DNA from: an uncultured bacterium
GTDB taxonomy: Bacteria > Krumholzibacteriota > Krumholzibacteriia > JACNKJ01
Assembly: GCA_963695095.1 (NCBI GenBank)
Contig: CAVOFT010000001.1
Location: 1,565,881 to 1,629,880 of the forward strand
DNA: 64,000 nt
Direction of reading: 5' to 3'
Shown: positions 1 through 11,534 of the stretch, piece after piece
Layout: each line of letters starts with the position of its first letter
Numbering within the stretch: the first letter of the stretch is position 1
Notes under the pieces: generated by a model
Told to the model about the DNA's origin: nothing
Database searches by the model: none
The model's input: only the letters and a program-made list of their open reading frames with translations
Position numbers and translations under genes: made by a program

Positions 1-1886
1 GGGCTCTTCAACCCCAGCGGCATCCCCTCGCTGGCCTTCTCGCAGCCGCGCCTGGCGGATCTCGACGGCGATGGCGACTTCGATCTGATCCTCGGCAGCA
101 TCGACGACGCGCCGCTGTACTTCGAGAACATCGGCACGGCCGCCAGCCCGGCCTTCGCGCCCGGCGGCGACATCCTCGCGCCCATCGATCCGCTGGACGC
201 CGAGATGGCCGTCGCCGGCGATCTCGACGGCGACGTCGACCTCGACCTCGTCACCGGCGGCTACCTGGGTCTGCAGCTCTTCGCCAACGTCGGCGATGTC
301 GCACGCCCCGGCCTTCGCGCGCGTCGACGGCTTCTTCGCCGGCCTGCAAGCGGGCTCGATCCCCGTGCCGACCCTCGCCGATCTCGACGACGACGGCGAT
401 CTGGATCTACTGGTCGGGCTCAGCGAAAGCGGTCAGCTCAAGTACTATCCCAACCTGGGTTCGCCGACCGCCGCCGTCTTCACCGAGGCATCGGCCGCGA
501 CCTGGTTCGACGTGGGTCTGTACGCGTATCCGTGCTTCGCCGATCTCGACGGGGATCTCGATGTCGACCTGCTCTCCGGACGCGACGAGCACGGGTTCGT
601 CTACTACCGGAACATCGGCGACCCGGCGGCGTGGTCCTGGCAGAACGACGACGCGGTCTTCGCGGGCCTCGGCGGGGTGACGTACTGGAACTCGCCCTGC
701 CTGGCCGACCTCACCGGCGACGGCCGCCTCGATCTCGTGTACGGCACCGACGCCGGGCCCCTGCAGTACTACGTCAACACCGGCAGCCTTGCAGTGCCCG
801 TCTGGACAGCCAACACGAGCCTGTTCGGCGGCGTGCTCGACGTCGGCGGGGCCAGCTCGCCGTTCTTCTACGACTTCGACGGCGACGGCGACCTGGACCT
901 GGTCAGCGGCAGCCAGCTCGGCGACATCAAGTACTACGAGAACATCGGCACCGTCGCAGCGCCGGCCTGGCGTCGCCGACCACGCGTACTTTGCGAGCAT
1001 CGATCACTCGATCTACTCGGCCATCACGCTCGGCGACGTCAACGACGACGGCCTCGCCGACGCCGTCGTCGGCGACCTGAACGGCCAGCTGTTCTTCCAC
1101 CCCAACACCGGCAGCGGCTTCGGCTACGACGGCAGCGTCTTCGCGGGCGTCGACCTCGGCGACTGGTCGGTGCCGCGCTTCGTGGACATGGATGGCGACC
1201 TCGACCTCGACCTCGTGGCCGGCAACGAGGCGGGTCAGCTCAGCTACCTGGAGAACCAGGGGACCCTCGCCGCGCCGGTGTGGGTTGTCGTCCCCGGCTA
1301 CTTCGGCGGCCTGGACGTGGGCAGCAACTGCTCGCCGACCCTCGGCGATTACGATCACGACGGCGACCAGGACCTGATCACGGGCAACCTCTCGCACGCG
1401 GTGCGCTACTTCGCGCACGAGGGCGCGAACTGGGTGGAGGACGCCAGCGTCGTCGCCGGGATCACCGCCGGCCAGAATGCCGCGCCGGCGCTCGCGGACC
1501 TCGACGGCGACGGCGACCTCGACCTGACGATCGGCAACTACGCCGGCACCTTCAACTACTACCGCAACCTGGGCCCGCCTACGGCCGTGCCGGATGCGGA
1601 CGTGGTGGCGGCCAAGCTCGCGCTCGCCGCGTATCCCAACCCGTTCAATCCCTCCACGACGCTGCGCTTCCGACTGAGCACACCCACGACCGTCCTCCTC
1701 GCGATCTACGATCTGGCCGGCCGGCAAGTCCGCACCCTGGCGGTGGGCAAGCTGCCGGAGGGCGACCATGCGGTGAGGTGGGACGGCCGCGACGAGAACG
1801 GCGCGCTGCTGAGCTCGGGCGTCTACTTCGGGCGTCTTCGCGCCGGCAAGGACATGCGCACGGCGAAGCTCGTGTTCGTCAAGTAA
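1..1886 (+). CDS. FG-GAP/VCBS-repeat surface protein with FlgD-like (T9SS-type) C-terminal sorting domain; 5' partial; two +1 frame changes
   Basis: Recurrent DLDGDGDxDL FG-GAP motifs run from frame 1 (1 to ~295) into frame 2 (ORF 296..) and frame 3 (ORF 789..1886); C-terminus YPNPFNPSTTLRF...GVYFGRL...KLVFVK is a typical FlgD Ig-like/Por-secretion tail. Confidence 0.7.
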
Positions 1887-2093
1887 TCTCCTGCGCGCAG
1901 GCCGGGCTGTGTTGCAGGGCGAGCACCATGACCTCGGACAGGTCGCTATCTGCTTTCTGCTCAGGTCCGCCGCCGCGTGCTTGCCTGGCCGGTCCGGCAC
2001 CACCACCTGGAGCCCGAGGCCGTGGCCGCCATGCTGGCCCGGCGGCAGCCCGACGGGGGGTTCCCCTTGCTGGATGCGGCATTGCGTTTGTAC

Positions 2094-2123
2094 TTAACAT
2101 TCGGGTCCGAAAGGTGGTAATAT
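2094..2123 (+). promoter_or_regulatory. sigma70-like promoter candidate (TTAACA-18 nt-TAATAT)
   Basis: AT-rich island in GC-rich background ~100 nt upstream of the 2223 start; GGGAGG Shine-Dalgarno 6 nt before the ATG. Confidence 0.35.
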
Positions 2124-2222
2124 AGCTCGACCTAATTAGGTGCGCCCAGTGCGTGGTTCGTCTCCAGGACCACCCACGCGAGGGGCAGCTACTGGCATCA
2201 TGATCAATATGGGAGGTTGAGT

Positions 2223-2702
2223 ATGCGCATCGTTCTCGCGACTCTGCTGATTCTGATGACGGCCAGCGTCGCCATGGCCGACAAGGACCTCTATCGCTAC
2301 TGCGAGCCCTGCGTGGGCGTCCAGGGGACGCTCTCCCCTACCGCTAGTTGGCAGGTCCAGTCCGGTTACTACGCCGGCGACGACAACATGGCCTTCTACT
2401 TCTGCGCCGTGGGCGGCGAGACCTACACCTTCACGTTCTGCCAGGGCGGTGGGTCCGCGAGCTACGACACGGCCCTGTCCATCCAGGGCCCTGATGGCTG
2501 CGGCAGCTACCTCGCCTGCAACGATGACTTCTGCAGCCTGCAGTCCGAGATCATCTGGGTCGCTCCGGCCGACGGCACCTACATCGTCGCCGTGGACGGC
2601 TACAGCACCTCTACGGGCAACTTCGATCTGGCCTACATGGGCACGCCCTGCACGACCCCGACCAAGGAAGAGTCCTGGTCGGTGATCAAGAGCGCGTACT
2701 AG
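2223..2702 (+). CDS. small secreted Cys-rich protein of unknown function
   Basis: ORF 2217..2702; ATG at 2223 preceded by GGGAGG; signal peptide MRIVLATLLILMTASVAMA; 8 Cys; weak resemblance to pre-peptidase C-terminal beta-sandwich domains. Confidence 0.6.
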   Translation: MRIVLATLLILMTASVAMADKDLYRYCEPCVGVQGTLSPTASWQVQSGYYAGDDNMAFYFCAVGGETYTFTFCQGGGSASYDTALSIQGPDGCGSYLACNDDFCSLQSEIIWVAPADGTYIVAVDGYSTSTGNFDLAYMGTPCTTPTKEESWSVIKSAY

Positions 2703-2743
2703 TCGATCCAGACTCGAAGCTCGTAGAGTCTTCGGATGTGATG

Positions 2744-2769
2744 CGGAGGACGGGGTTTCCCGTCCTCCG
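2744..2769 (+). terminator. intrinsic terminator candidate between convergent genes
   Basis: Perfect 11-bp inverted repeat CGGAGGACGGG-GTTT-CCCGTCCTCCG followed by TTCTCTTTG. Confidence 0.4.
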
Positions 2770-2788
2770 TTCTCTTTGCATCCGGGGT

Positions 2789-3763
2789 TCAGGGCGTCGC
2801 GCCCGGAGCATCCTGCGCACGGCGGTCGGCCACCATGCGGTCGAGGACCCGGAGATTGTTCGCGGCGTTGGGATTCCCGGGCCAGATCTTCAAGGACTCC
2901 CGGAAGTGTCCGGCGGCGTCCGCGAAGCGCTCCAGCTGGATGAGCGCCCAGCCCAGATGATTGTGGACGACGGCCACGCGGCGGTCGGTCGCCTGCGCGC
3001 GGCGCAGGATCTGCAGATCGAAGCGCTCCGCAGCCGCCGGCCCCCAGCCCTTGGCCAGCAGCGCATCGATCGCGTCCAGGCTCCCGCCTTCCTCCTGCAG
3101 TTGATCCCTGCGGCGCAGGAGCATCTCCCGATAGCTCCGCGAGGGAGCCAGCTCGGCGGCGAGGGCGGTCTCCAGCGCGGCCGCGGCTTCCCCGAAGCGC
3201 CCCTCCGCGATCAGCAGCTGGCCCAGTCCCAGATGGTAGGGGCCCGGGTTGCCCGTCTCGCAGGCGGCGGCCTGGCGCATGAGCGCGATGGCGCCCGCGC
3301 GGTCGCCCCGCTTCTCGGCGAGATCGGCGAGATGCTCGTAGGCGGGAGCGCGCGTGCGGTCGCTCCGCGCCGCGTCCAGGGCTTCGTTCAGGTAGGCCTG
3401 TCCCTGCAGGTCATTGCCCAGCTGGATCCAGGCGATGCCCAGGTTGAGCAGCGCTCCCGGCTCTCTGGGCATGATTTCCAGGGCCTTCTCGTACTGGGGG
3501 ACGGCCAGGCGGAACCGCTCCTGGCGCATGGCGTCGTCGCCGTAGTGCTTGTAGTCCTGGAACTCCACCTTCGCGCCGCGGCTGGAGAGCGCCTTCAGCC
3601 AGGGAGGATTGATCACCGAGATGATCGCGAAGAGCATCAGGAGGATCCAGACGCCCATCAGGACAAGGGTCACGACGCCGCGCAGGCGAGTCGGCCCGGC
3701 AGCGGGCGGCGGCAAGGCGCCCCCTCCGCCCTCACTCGCCATTGTGATAGACCAAAAGGACAT
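2789..3763 (-). CDS. TPR-repeat protein with N-terminal membrane anchor
   Basis: ORF track; hydrophobic segment VVTLVLMGVWILLMLFAIISV then TPR-like helical repeats. Confidence 0.6.
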   Translation of the reverse strand: MSFWSITMASEGGGGALPPPAAGPTRLRGVVTLVLMGVWILLMLFAIISVINPPWLKALSSRGAKVEFQDYKHYGDDAMRQERFRLAVPQYEKALEIMPREPGALLNLGIAWIQLGNDLQGQAYLNEALDAARSDRTRAPAYEHLADLAEKRGDRAGAIALMRQAAACETGNPGPYHLGLGQLLIAEGRFGEAAAALETALAAELAPSRSYREMLLRRRDQLQEEGGSLDAIDALLAKGWGPAAAERFDLQILRRAQATDRRVAVVHNHLGWALIQLERFADAAGHFRESLKIWPGNPNAANNLRVLDRMVADRRAQDAPGATP

Positions 3764-4988
3764 GCTTGTCCTCCGCGATCATTCGGTTGTACGTGGGGAC
3801 AGCCTGCGCATTGGGAAGGCGGATGATCTGCGTGCCCTCCCCCGTGCGCGGATTGTAGTCGAACTGGCTGATCCCCATTTCGGGGAAGCCCCGGCCGCCG
3901 CTGCCCGCGCCACCCGTGGCCACCAGGATGATGTCGCGACCCTGGCTCATCAGACGCTGGCGGTCCCGCGCCGCGAAGTACTCCTTCTTGTCGACCAACC
4001 GGAAGCTCCCGTTCGGGTGGACCATCAGGTCGAAATGGACGACGGGCAGACCGCGGTAGAGGACGAGCCCCGGCCGGACCTCGCGCAGCGGCTCCCCGCG
4101 GAAGCGCAGAGCCAGGAAAGCCAAGGCCAGCAGCGCGGCCAGGCCGAGCGCGATCATCCCCCGGCGCCAGGCCTGGAACTGGCTGAGATGCACGATCAGG
4201 AAGAGCGGCACGAAGGCGCCGACGGTCCAGAGGATCACTTCACCGGCGTAGCGCACGTCGCTCTGGAGCGAGCCGAAGATCAGCATGAGCAGGGTGAACA
4301 GGACGATGAGCGGAAGCAGGGCAGCGGGCTCGCGGAGGTAATCGCCCGGACGCCGCTGGCGGATCGAGGGGCGCCGGGCCAGCAGGCTCCCGGGACCGCG
4401 CTCGCCGAGATTCAGCACGGTCATCCCGATGGCCGCGCCCCAGCCGTCCTTGGCGATGTCGCCCATGTCGAAGATGCGGCTGCTGATGAATTTCTGGAAA
4501 GCCTCGTCGAAGGTGGAGAACAGGATGGCGGCGATGAAGGTGCTCAGGATGATCCGCGCGCGGCTCATGCCGCGCGCCGCGAAGTCGCGCCGCGCCATGT
4601 AGGCGAAGAGACCGTAGGCGAGGTAGTGCCAGTTCTGCTGCAGATCGTACCACTCGTGCATCAGGTAGTAGTCGGCGATGCGATGGGCCATGAGGATCAT
4701 CAGCAGGGCGAGCGCGGCCACGCTCAGGCCGCGGCGCGACAGGCGCCGCCTCAGGACCAGAAGCGCGGCGGCGAGCAGGACCAGGGCGAGCACCGGGACC
4801 AGGGGAATCTCCCGGCCGCCCAGCGCGAGCGGGTAGCGCGTGATCTCGCCGACGGCCTCCTGCAGGAAGCGCCGCAGGAGCACGAAAGGCGTGGCGACGA
4901 GCAGCAGGCTGTACATGACCAGCTGCAGGCCGGTCGAGTGGATGCTCCAGCGGCGGCCTCGTCCCGGCGATCGCTTGGTGGATCCCAT
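3732..4988 (-). CDS. integral membrane protein, VanZ-like N-terminal region
   Basis: ORF track; several hydrophobic helices, motif FDEAFQKF...DGWGAAIG; start codon uncertain. Confidence 0.5.
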   Translation of the reverse strand: MGSTKRSPGRGRRWSIHSTGLQLVMYSLLLVATPFVLLRRFLQEAVGEITRYPLALGGREIPLVPVLALVLLAAALLVLRRRLSRRGLSVAALALLMILMAHRIADYYLMHEWYDLQQNWHYLAYGLFAYMARRDFAARGMSRARIILSTFIAAILFSTFDEAFQKFISSRIFDMGDIAKDGWGAAIGMTVLNLGERGPGSLLARRPSIRQRRPGDYLREPAALLPLIVLFTLLMLIFGSLQSDVRYAGEVILWTVGAFVPLFLIVHLSQFQAWRRGMIALGLAALLALAFLALRFRGEPLREVRPGLVLYRGLPVVHFDLMVHPNGSFRLVDKKEYFAARDRQRLMSQGRDIILVATGGAGSGGRGFPEMGISQFDYNPRTGEGTQIIRLPNAQAVPTYNRMIAEDKHVLLVYHNGE

Positions 4989-5157
4989 GGTTCCTCCATC
5001 CCTGGGACGGCCCCGGAAGCCCGATCAGACTAGCGGCCCCATGGGATTCTGGCAAGCCAAGGGAAGGGCATTCCCGCACCCACAATGCCATTCCCTTCCG
5101 CGGCCCCGATTTGGTATCGTCCCGCCGGGGCATGCCCCTTTGCCGGAGGGTAGGAGC

Positions 5158-5568
5158 ATGGACGAGCGCATCCGCGTGCTGGTGGCCAAGCCGGGCCTGG
5201 ACGGGCACGACCGCGGCGCGCGCGTGATCGCCGCCGCCCTGGTCGAGGCCGGCATGGAGGTGATCTACACGGGCCTGCACCAGACGCCCGAGATGATCGC
5301 CGAGGCGGCCATCCAGGAGGACGTGGACGTGGTGGGCCTGAGCATCCTCTCGGGCGCGCACATGAGCCTGATCCCCCGCGTGCGCGAGCGGCTGGTCGCG
5401 GCCGGGGCGGGGGACATCCTGATCACGGGCGGCGGCATCATTCCACCCGCTGACGCAGCGGCGCTCGCCGCGCAGGGCGTGGGCCAGCTCTTCGGCCCGG
5501 GGACGGACACGAGCGAGGTGGTGGACTACATTCGCGCGGAGGTCACCCGGCGGCGCGCCGGGGCCTGA
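5158..5568 (+). CDS. methylmalonyl-CoA mutase, B12-binding small subunit
   Basis: [23 protein letters not shown]...GLSILSGAH matches the cobalamin-binding domain (DxHxxG); AGGAG-like RBS before ATG 5158. Confidence 0.85.
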   Translation: MDERIRVLVAKPGLDGHDRGARVIAAALVEAGMEVIYTGLHQTPEMIAEAAIQEDVDVVGLSILSGAHMSLIPRVRERLVAAGAGDILITGGGIIPPADAAALAAQGVGQLFGPGTDTSEVVDYIRAEVTRRRAGA

Positions 5569-5635
5569 TCCGCGCGCGGGAGGCGGGGGAAACCCCGGCA
5601 ACAGAGCCTCGTAGGGGGGGCTTTCCGGAGGCGAG

Positions 5636-6487
5636 ATGAACGAGAACAGCGTGCTGGTGGTGGGCGCGGGCACCATGGGCAATGGCATCGCCCAGGTCTT
5701 CGCGGCTTCCGGCTTCGAGGTCACCCTGGTCGATGTGAGCGAGGAGCTGCTGAAGCGCGGCCTCGCCAATGTCGACAAGAGCCTGGATCGCCTGGTCAAG
5801 AAAGAGGCGATCAGCGCCGGCGACAAGAAGGCCATCCTGGGCCGCATCGCCACGGCCACCGCGGTGCCTGCCAAGTCGGAGGCCTTTCTCGCCATCGAGG
5901 CGGCCACCGAGCAGCTCGAGATCAAGCACAGGATCTTCGCCGGCCTGGCCAAGGCCCACGGCGAAGGCGCCATCCTGGCCACGAACACCTCCAGCATCTC
6001 GATCTGCACGCTGGCGGGGCCGCTGCCGCATCGCGAGCGCGTCGTCGGCATGCACTTCATGAACCCGGTGCCGATGATGAAGCTGGTGGAGATCATCCGC
6101 GGCCTGGACACCAGCGACGCGGTGATGGCGCGCACGGTGTCCCTGGCCGAGAAGCTGGGCAAGACGCCGGTGGTGGTGAACGACTACCCGGGCTTCGTCG
6201 CCAATCGCATCCTGATGCCGATGATCAACGAGGCCGTCTACACCTTGCAGGAAGGCGTGGCCGAGCGCGACGCCATCGACACGATCATGAAGCTGGGCAT
6301 GGCCCATCCCATGGGCCCGCTGCAGCTCGCCGACCTCATCGGCCTGGACGTCTGCCTCTCCATCATGGAGGTGCTGCACCGGGACCTGGGCGACAGCAAG
6401 TACCGCCCCTGCCCGCTGCTGCGCAAGATGGTCGACGCCGGGCGGCTGGGCCGCAAGAGCGGTCGCGGCTTCTACGACTACGCCTGA
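5636..6487 (+). CDS. hbd: 3-hydroxybutyryl-CoA dehydrogenase
   Basis: N-terminal [12 protein letters not shown] Rossmann motif and typical 3-hydroxyacyl-CoA dehydrogenase sequence throughout. Confidence 0.9.
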   Translation: MNENSVLVVGAGTMGNGIAQVFAASGFEVTLVDVSEELLKRGLANVDKSLDRLVKKEAISAGDKKAILGRIATATAVPAKSEAFLAIEAATEQLEIKHRIFAGLAKAHGEGAILATNTSSISICTLAGPLPHRERVVGMHFMNPVPMMKLVEIIRGLDTSDAVMARTVSLAEKLGKTPVVVNDYPGFVANRILMPMINEAVYTLQEGVAERDAIDTIMKLGMAHPMGPLQLADLIGLDVCLSIMEVLHRDLGDSKYRPCPLLRKMVDAGRLGRKSGRGFYDYA

Positions 6488-6505
6488 GCGAAGGGAGAGC
6501 GCCTC

Positions 6506-7048
6506 ATGCGCGCACGCCGCCTGATTCCGCTGCTGCTGCTTCTCACCCTGCCCGCGGCGGCCCTCGCCGAGGGCTACGCGCCCAACCCCGTCTCCCGCGA
6601 GCGCGCGCTGCTCAGGAGCGCGCTGCTGCCTGGGCTCGGCCAGATCGAGCAGGGCCGCACGGGGCGCGGCGCTCTCTGGGCGGGCGGCGCGACCGCGCTG
6701 GTCGCCGGCACCTTCTTCGCGCACATGGAATACCACAGCGCGGCCAAGGACCTGGGCAACGCCGAGGAGAGCTACCGGCGCGCCCTGGCTGAAGACGACG
6801 GCGACGCGGCCTATGCCTCATTCGTCGACATCGAGCGCCTGGCGCCCATCGCCGACGATCGCTACACGCTCAGGCGCAATATCGAAATCGGCCTCGCCGT
6901 CTGGTGGGCCGGCAGCCTGGTGGACACCTGGCTCTTCGCCGGGCCCAAGACCTCGGCGGCCGCGGGCGACGGGGCCGCCTTGCCCGGCCACCTGACGCCG
7001 GTGCTCGCCCACGGCGCGGCGGGCCTGGCCTGGACCATCGCTTTCTAG
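6506..7048 (+). CDS. hypothetical secreted protein
   Basis: ORF track; signal peptide MRARRLIPLLLLLTLPAAALA; LLPGLGQ motif. Confidence 0.5.
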   Translation: MRARRLIPLLLLLTLPAAALAEGYAPNPVSRERALLRSALLPGLGQIEQGRTGRGALWAGGATALVAGTFFAHMEYHSAAKDLGNAEESYRRALAEDDGDAAYASFVDIERLAPIADDRYTLRRNIEIGLAVWWAGSLVDTWLFAGPKTSAAAGDGAALPGHLTPVLAHGAAGLAWTIAF

Positions 7049-7063
7049 CACGGGGGAGATCTC

Positions 7064-7498
7064 ATGTCGCCACGGATGCTCTTGCTTGCGCTGGCCTTCA
7101 CGGCCTCGCTCCTCGCCCTCGGCTCCTGCAGCAAGGAGCACGAGGAACTGCTGGCCGACTTCCCGCTGCCGGTCATCACCAGCGCCCAGCGCGTGGGCAC
7201 GGAGAGCGTCCAGCTGGAATGGAGGGTGGCCGACGCGGCCGGCGTGGACGAGTACCGACTCTACGTCGGCCTCTACGCCAATCTCGGCTTCACCGAGCTG
7301 GACGTGGATTCGCTCTACACCGCGACGGCGGCGACGAGCTATCTCTACGAGGATCCCGGCCTCGCCTACATCGACGAGGATCTCTGCGCGGAGATCGGCC
7401 TCTGCGACACGCTCTACACCTACGCCTACTTCCGCGTCAGCGCCGTGCGCGCGGGTGCGGAGGGCCTGCGCGGCCCGCGCGCCTTCGTGGCTCCCTAG
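7064..7498 (+). CDS. hypothetical lipoprotein
   Basis: Signal peptide with lipobox LALGSC. Confidence 0.5.
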   Translation: MSPRMLLLALAFTASLLALGSCSKEHEELLADFPLPVITSAQRVGTESVQLEWRVADAAGVDEYRLYVGLYANLGFTELDVDSLYTATAATSYLYEDPGLAYIDEDLCAEIGLCDTLYTYAYFRVSAVRAGAEGLRGPRAFVAP

Positions 7499-7677
7499 CT
7501 TCGCCCTGGAACGCATCTTGATCTATGGCCTCCCGTCGCCGATGCGGCGGGAGTTCCGTTTGCAAGTGCGCTTGGCGCCGCCCTTTGGCGGCGCGGCGCG
7601 CCGCCGCTCGGCGGGCGCCCGGCGAGAAAACAGCCGACTGGATGCTTCCCGTCCGGCGCCTGCCTGGGAGAAGAGCC

Positions 7678-8889
7678 ATGACTCGATCGTCACGCCGCCA
7701 TGATGGGCTCACGCTCACCCTGCTGATCCTCGTGCTGATGGCCGCCCGCATCGCTCGCGCCCAGGGCGGCGGGGCCGAGGGCGAGTGGATCGACCTGGAG
7801 CCGCTGCGGGAAGCGCGGACCGCCACGCCGGCGACCGCAGCCCCGGCCGCGACGGCCCCGGCCGGCAAGGCGAAGGCCCCCGCAGTGGCCGCGCCCGCCG
7901 CCACGCCGGAGCCTGCCGCCGTCAAGCCGGCCGCCGACCGGCCGCCCGTCGAGCTGCCCCGCCGCTTCATCTGGAAGGGGGCGCCCACGGAGCTGGGTCG
8001 CGTGGGCTACGTCTATCTCGGCGACTACTACTACGTCGAGGAGCGCGATCCGGCCAAGGCCGAGCTCTGCTACGAGTACGCGCTGAAGCCCTGGCCCGAG
8101 TGCGGGCCCATCCAGACACGCCTGGAGCTGCTCAGCCTCTTCACGGGCGACTGGCTGCGCGCCGCCGCCTCCATGCAGGTGGGCTTCGACCAGAGCGCCC
8201 CGCCGCCGGTCCTGCAGGACTACGGGCTGACGCGGGAGAGCCCGCTGCTCTCCAATGATGAGGAGGACGTGCCGGCCGTGCCGGCCATCCTCTTTCGCCA
8301 GGCCCTGGGCCAGGCGCGGCAGCTCGAGCTGGCGCCCGAGGACGAGCCCGCCCGCAGCTTCCTCGTCGGCCGCCTGCTGGCCTTCCTCGGCGAGCGCGAG
8401 GAGGCGATTCGCGTGCTGGGGCCCGTGGCCCTGGCCGGCGACGAGGAGGCCGGCCCCTGGAACTTCCAGGCGGCCAGCCAGCGCGCCGCGCTCTACCTGG
8501 CCAACTGGCAACCCGAGCTGGCCTACATGAACCTGCTGCGCGCGAGGGATCTCGTCGGCGAACACCCCCTGCTCATGCAGCGCATCGCCGCTCTCGAGGA
8601 GGAGATGGCCCTCGCGGCCCTGCCCGGGGCGGGGACGCAGGCCCAGGCCATCGTGCGCATTCTCGGCCGACAGGGGCAGGGCCGCTGGATCCTGAGCCCG
8701 CCCGGCGAGGCCTTCGCCGGCCGGGTGGAGGTGGCGGCCGTGGGCGGCGAGGCGCCCGCGGGCTTCAAGCCCCACCTGCTCTACCGCGGCCGCGACTACT
8801 GGCTGATGACGGCGCCGCTGGGCAGCGGCGCGCCGAACTGGGAAGCCGGCACCAAGGTGACCCTGATCGGCAGCCGCCGCGAGGGCTAG
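7678..8889 (+). CDS. hypothetical secreted protein (Ala/Pro-rich linker)
   Basis: In-frame ATG 7678 within ORF 7525..8889 gives signal peptide MTRSSRRHDGLTLTLLILVLMAARIARAQ. Confidence 0.5.
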   Translation: MTRSSRRHDGLTLTLLILVLMAARIARAQGGGAEGEWIDLEPLREARTATPATAAPAATAPAGKAKAPAVAAPAATPEPAAVKPAADRPPVELPRRFIWKGAPTELGRVGYVYLGDYYYVEERDPAKAELCYEYALKPWPECGPIQTRLELLSLFTGDWLRAAASMQVGFDQSAPPPVLQDYGLTRESPLLSNDEEDVPAVPAILFRQALGQARQLELAPEDEPARSFLVGRLLAFLGEREEAIRVLGPVALAGDEEAGPWNFQAASQRAALYLANWQPELAYMNLLRARDLVGEHPLLMQRIAALEEEMALAALPGAGTQAQAIVRILGRQGQGRWILSPPGEAFAGRVEVAAVGGEAPAGFKPHLLYRGRDYWLMTAPLGSGAPNWEAGTKVTLIGSRREG

Positions 8890-9326
8890 CGCGCCTGGGG
8901 GTACTCGACCAGCTCCAGCAGCACCCCGTGCGTATCGCGGGGGTGCAGGAAGCAGATCTTCAGTCCGCCGGCGCCCCGGCTGGGCGGTCCCAGGGGGCGG
9001 ATGCCGTGGCTGGCCAGGGTCTTGAGGGCCCCGGCGAGATCCGCGACCTCGAAGGCCATCTGCTGCAGGCCCTCGCCGCGCTTGTCGAGGAAGCGCGCGA
9101 TGGGGCTCTCCTCGCCCAGCGGCGCGAGCAGCTCGAGGCGGCAGTTGCCGGCATCGAGCATGATCAGCTCCACGCCCTGCTCGGGCAGCCGCTCCCTGGC
9201 CAGCTCCTTGAAGCCGAGAATGTCCACGTAGCGGATGCGCGCGGCCTCGAGGTCCTCGACGGCCAGGCCCAGGTGATCCAGGCGGCGGAAGACCCCCGCC
9301 GGGAGCTGCTCGCTGTAGCGCTTCAT
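8886..9326 (-). CDS. mce: methylmalonyl-CoA epimerase (VOC family)
   Basis: Glyoxalase/VOC fold sequence HLGLAVEDLEAA...; last gene of the methylmalonyl-CoA operon. Confidence 0.8.
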   Translation of the reverse strand: MKRYSEQLPAGVFRRLDHLGLAVEDLEAARIRYVDILGFKELARERLPEQGVELIMLDAGNCRLELLAPLGEESPIARFLDKRGEGLQQMAFEVADLAGALKTLASHGIRPLGPPSRGAGGLKICFLHPRDTHGVLLELVEYPQAR

Positions 9327-9333
9327 CGCGGTC

Positions 9334-11000
<1,667 letters not shown>

Positions 11001-11004
<4 letters not shown>

Positions 11005-11534
11005 GGTCCCTCCTGGATCACCCGCGCGAGGACGGCGCCCGTCTCCACGAGCTGGCCCTCGCTGACGAGCAGCTCCTGCACCAGTCCGTCCTGCTCGCTG
11101 GCCAGTTCGTTCTGCATCTTCATCGCCTCGAGGATGACCAGTCCCTGCCCGCGGGCGACGCGCTCGCCGACCTCGGCCAGGGCGCGCAGGACGATGCCCG
11201 GCATCGGCGCGCGCAGCTCGAAGACGCCGGTCGGCCGCGCGGCGGCCGTGATCTGCTCGGCGACGGCCTCCAGCTCATCGCGCACGCCGAGCTCGATCTG
11301 CTCGCCGATGGCGCCGATGACGAGCCGGCCGGTCTGCCAGTCCGCGGCGACGAGGTCGACGAGATAGGAGTGATCGCCGACGATGAGCGAGTAGAGCTCG
11401 TCCTTCTCGAGCACGATCTGCTCCACTAGATGCTCCGCCCCGTCTACTGCTATGGCCCAGCGCCCGCCGCGCGGCTCGACGCTGACCACCTTGACGACCC
11501 CGCCGACGCGCACATGGTAACGAGTGGCGCTCAT
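11001..11534 (-). CDS. biotin carboxyl carrier protein
   Basis: C-terminal biotinyl domain with EAMKM motif; start MSATRYHV overlaps the stop of the upstream biotin carboxylase. Confidence 0.8.

Noticed and set aside
4240-6162. Long antisense or overlapping ORFs (e.g. 4240..6162 -, 14627..16819 +, 21455..22978 +, 35985..37691 -, 42865..44784 -)
   Set aside because: Arg/Ala/Pro/Gly-rich translations typical of off-frame reading in ~70% GC DNA; each overlaps a conserved gene on the other strand or frame.
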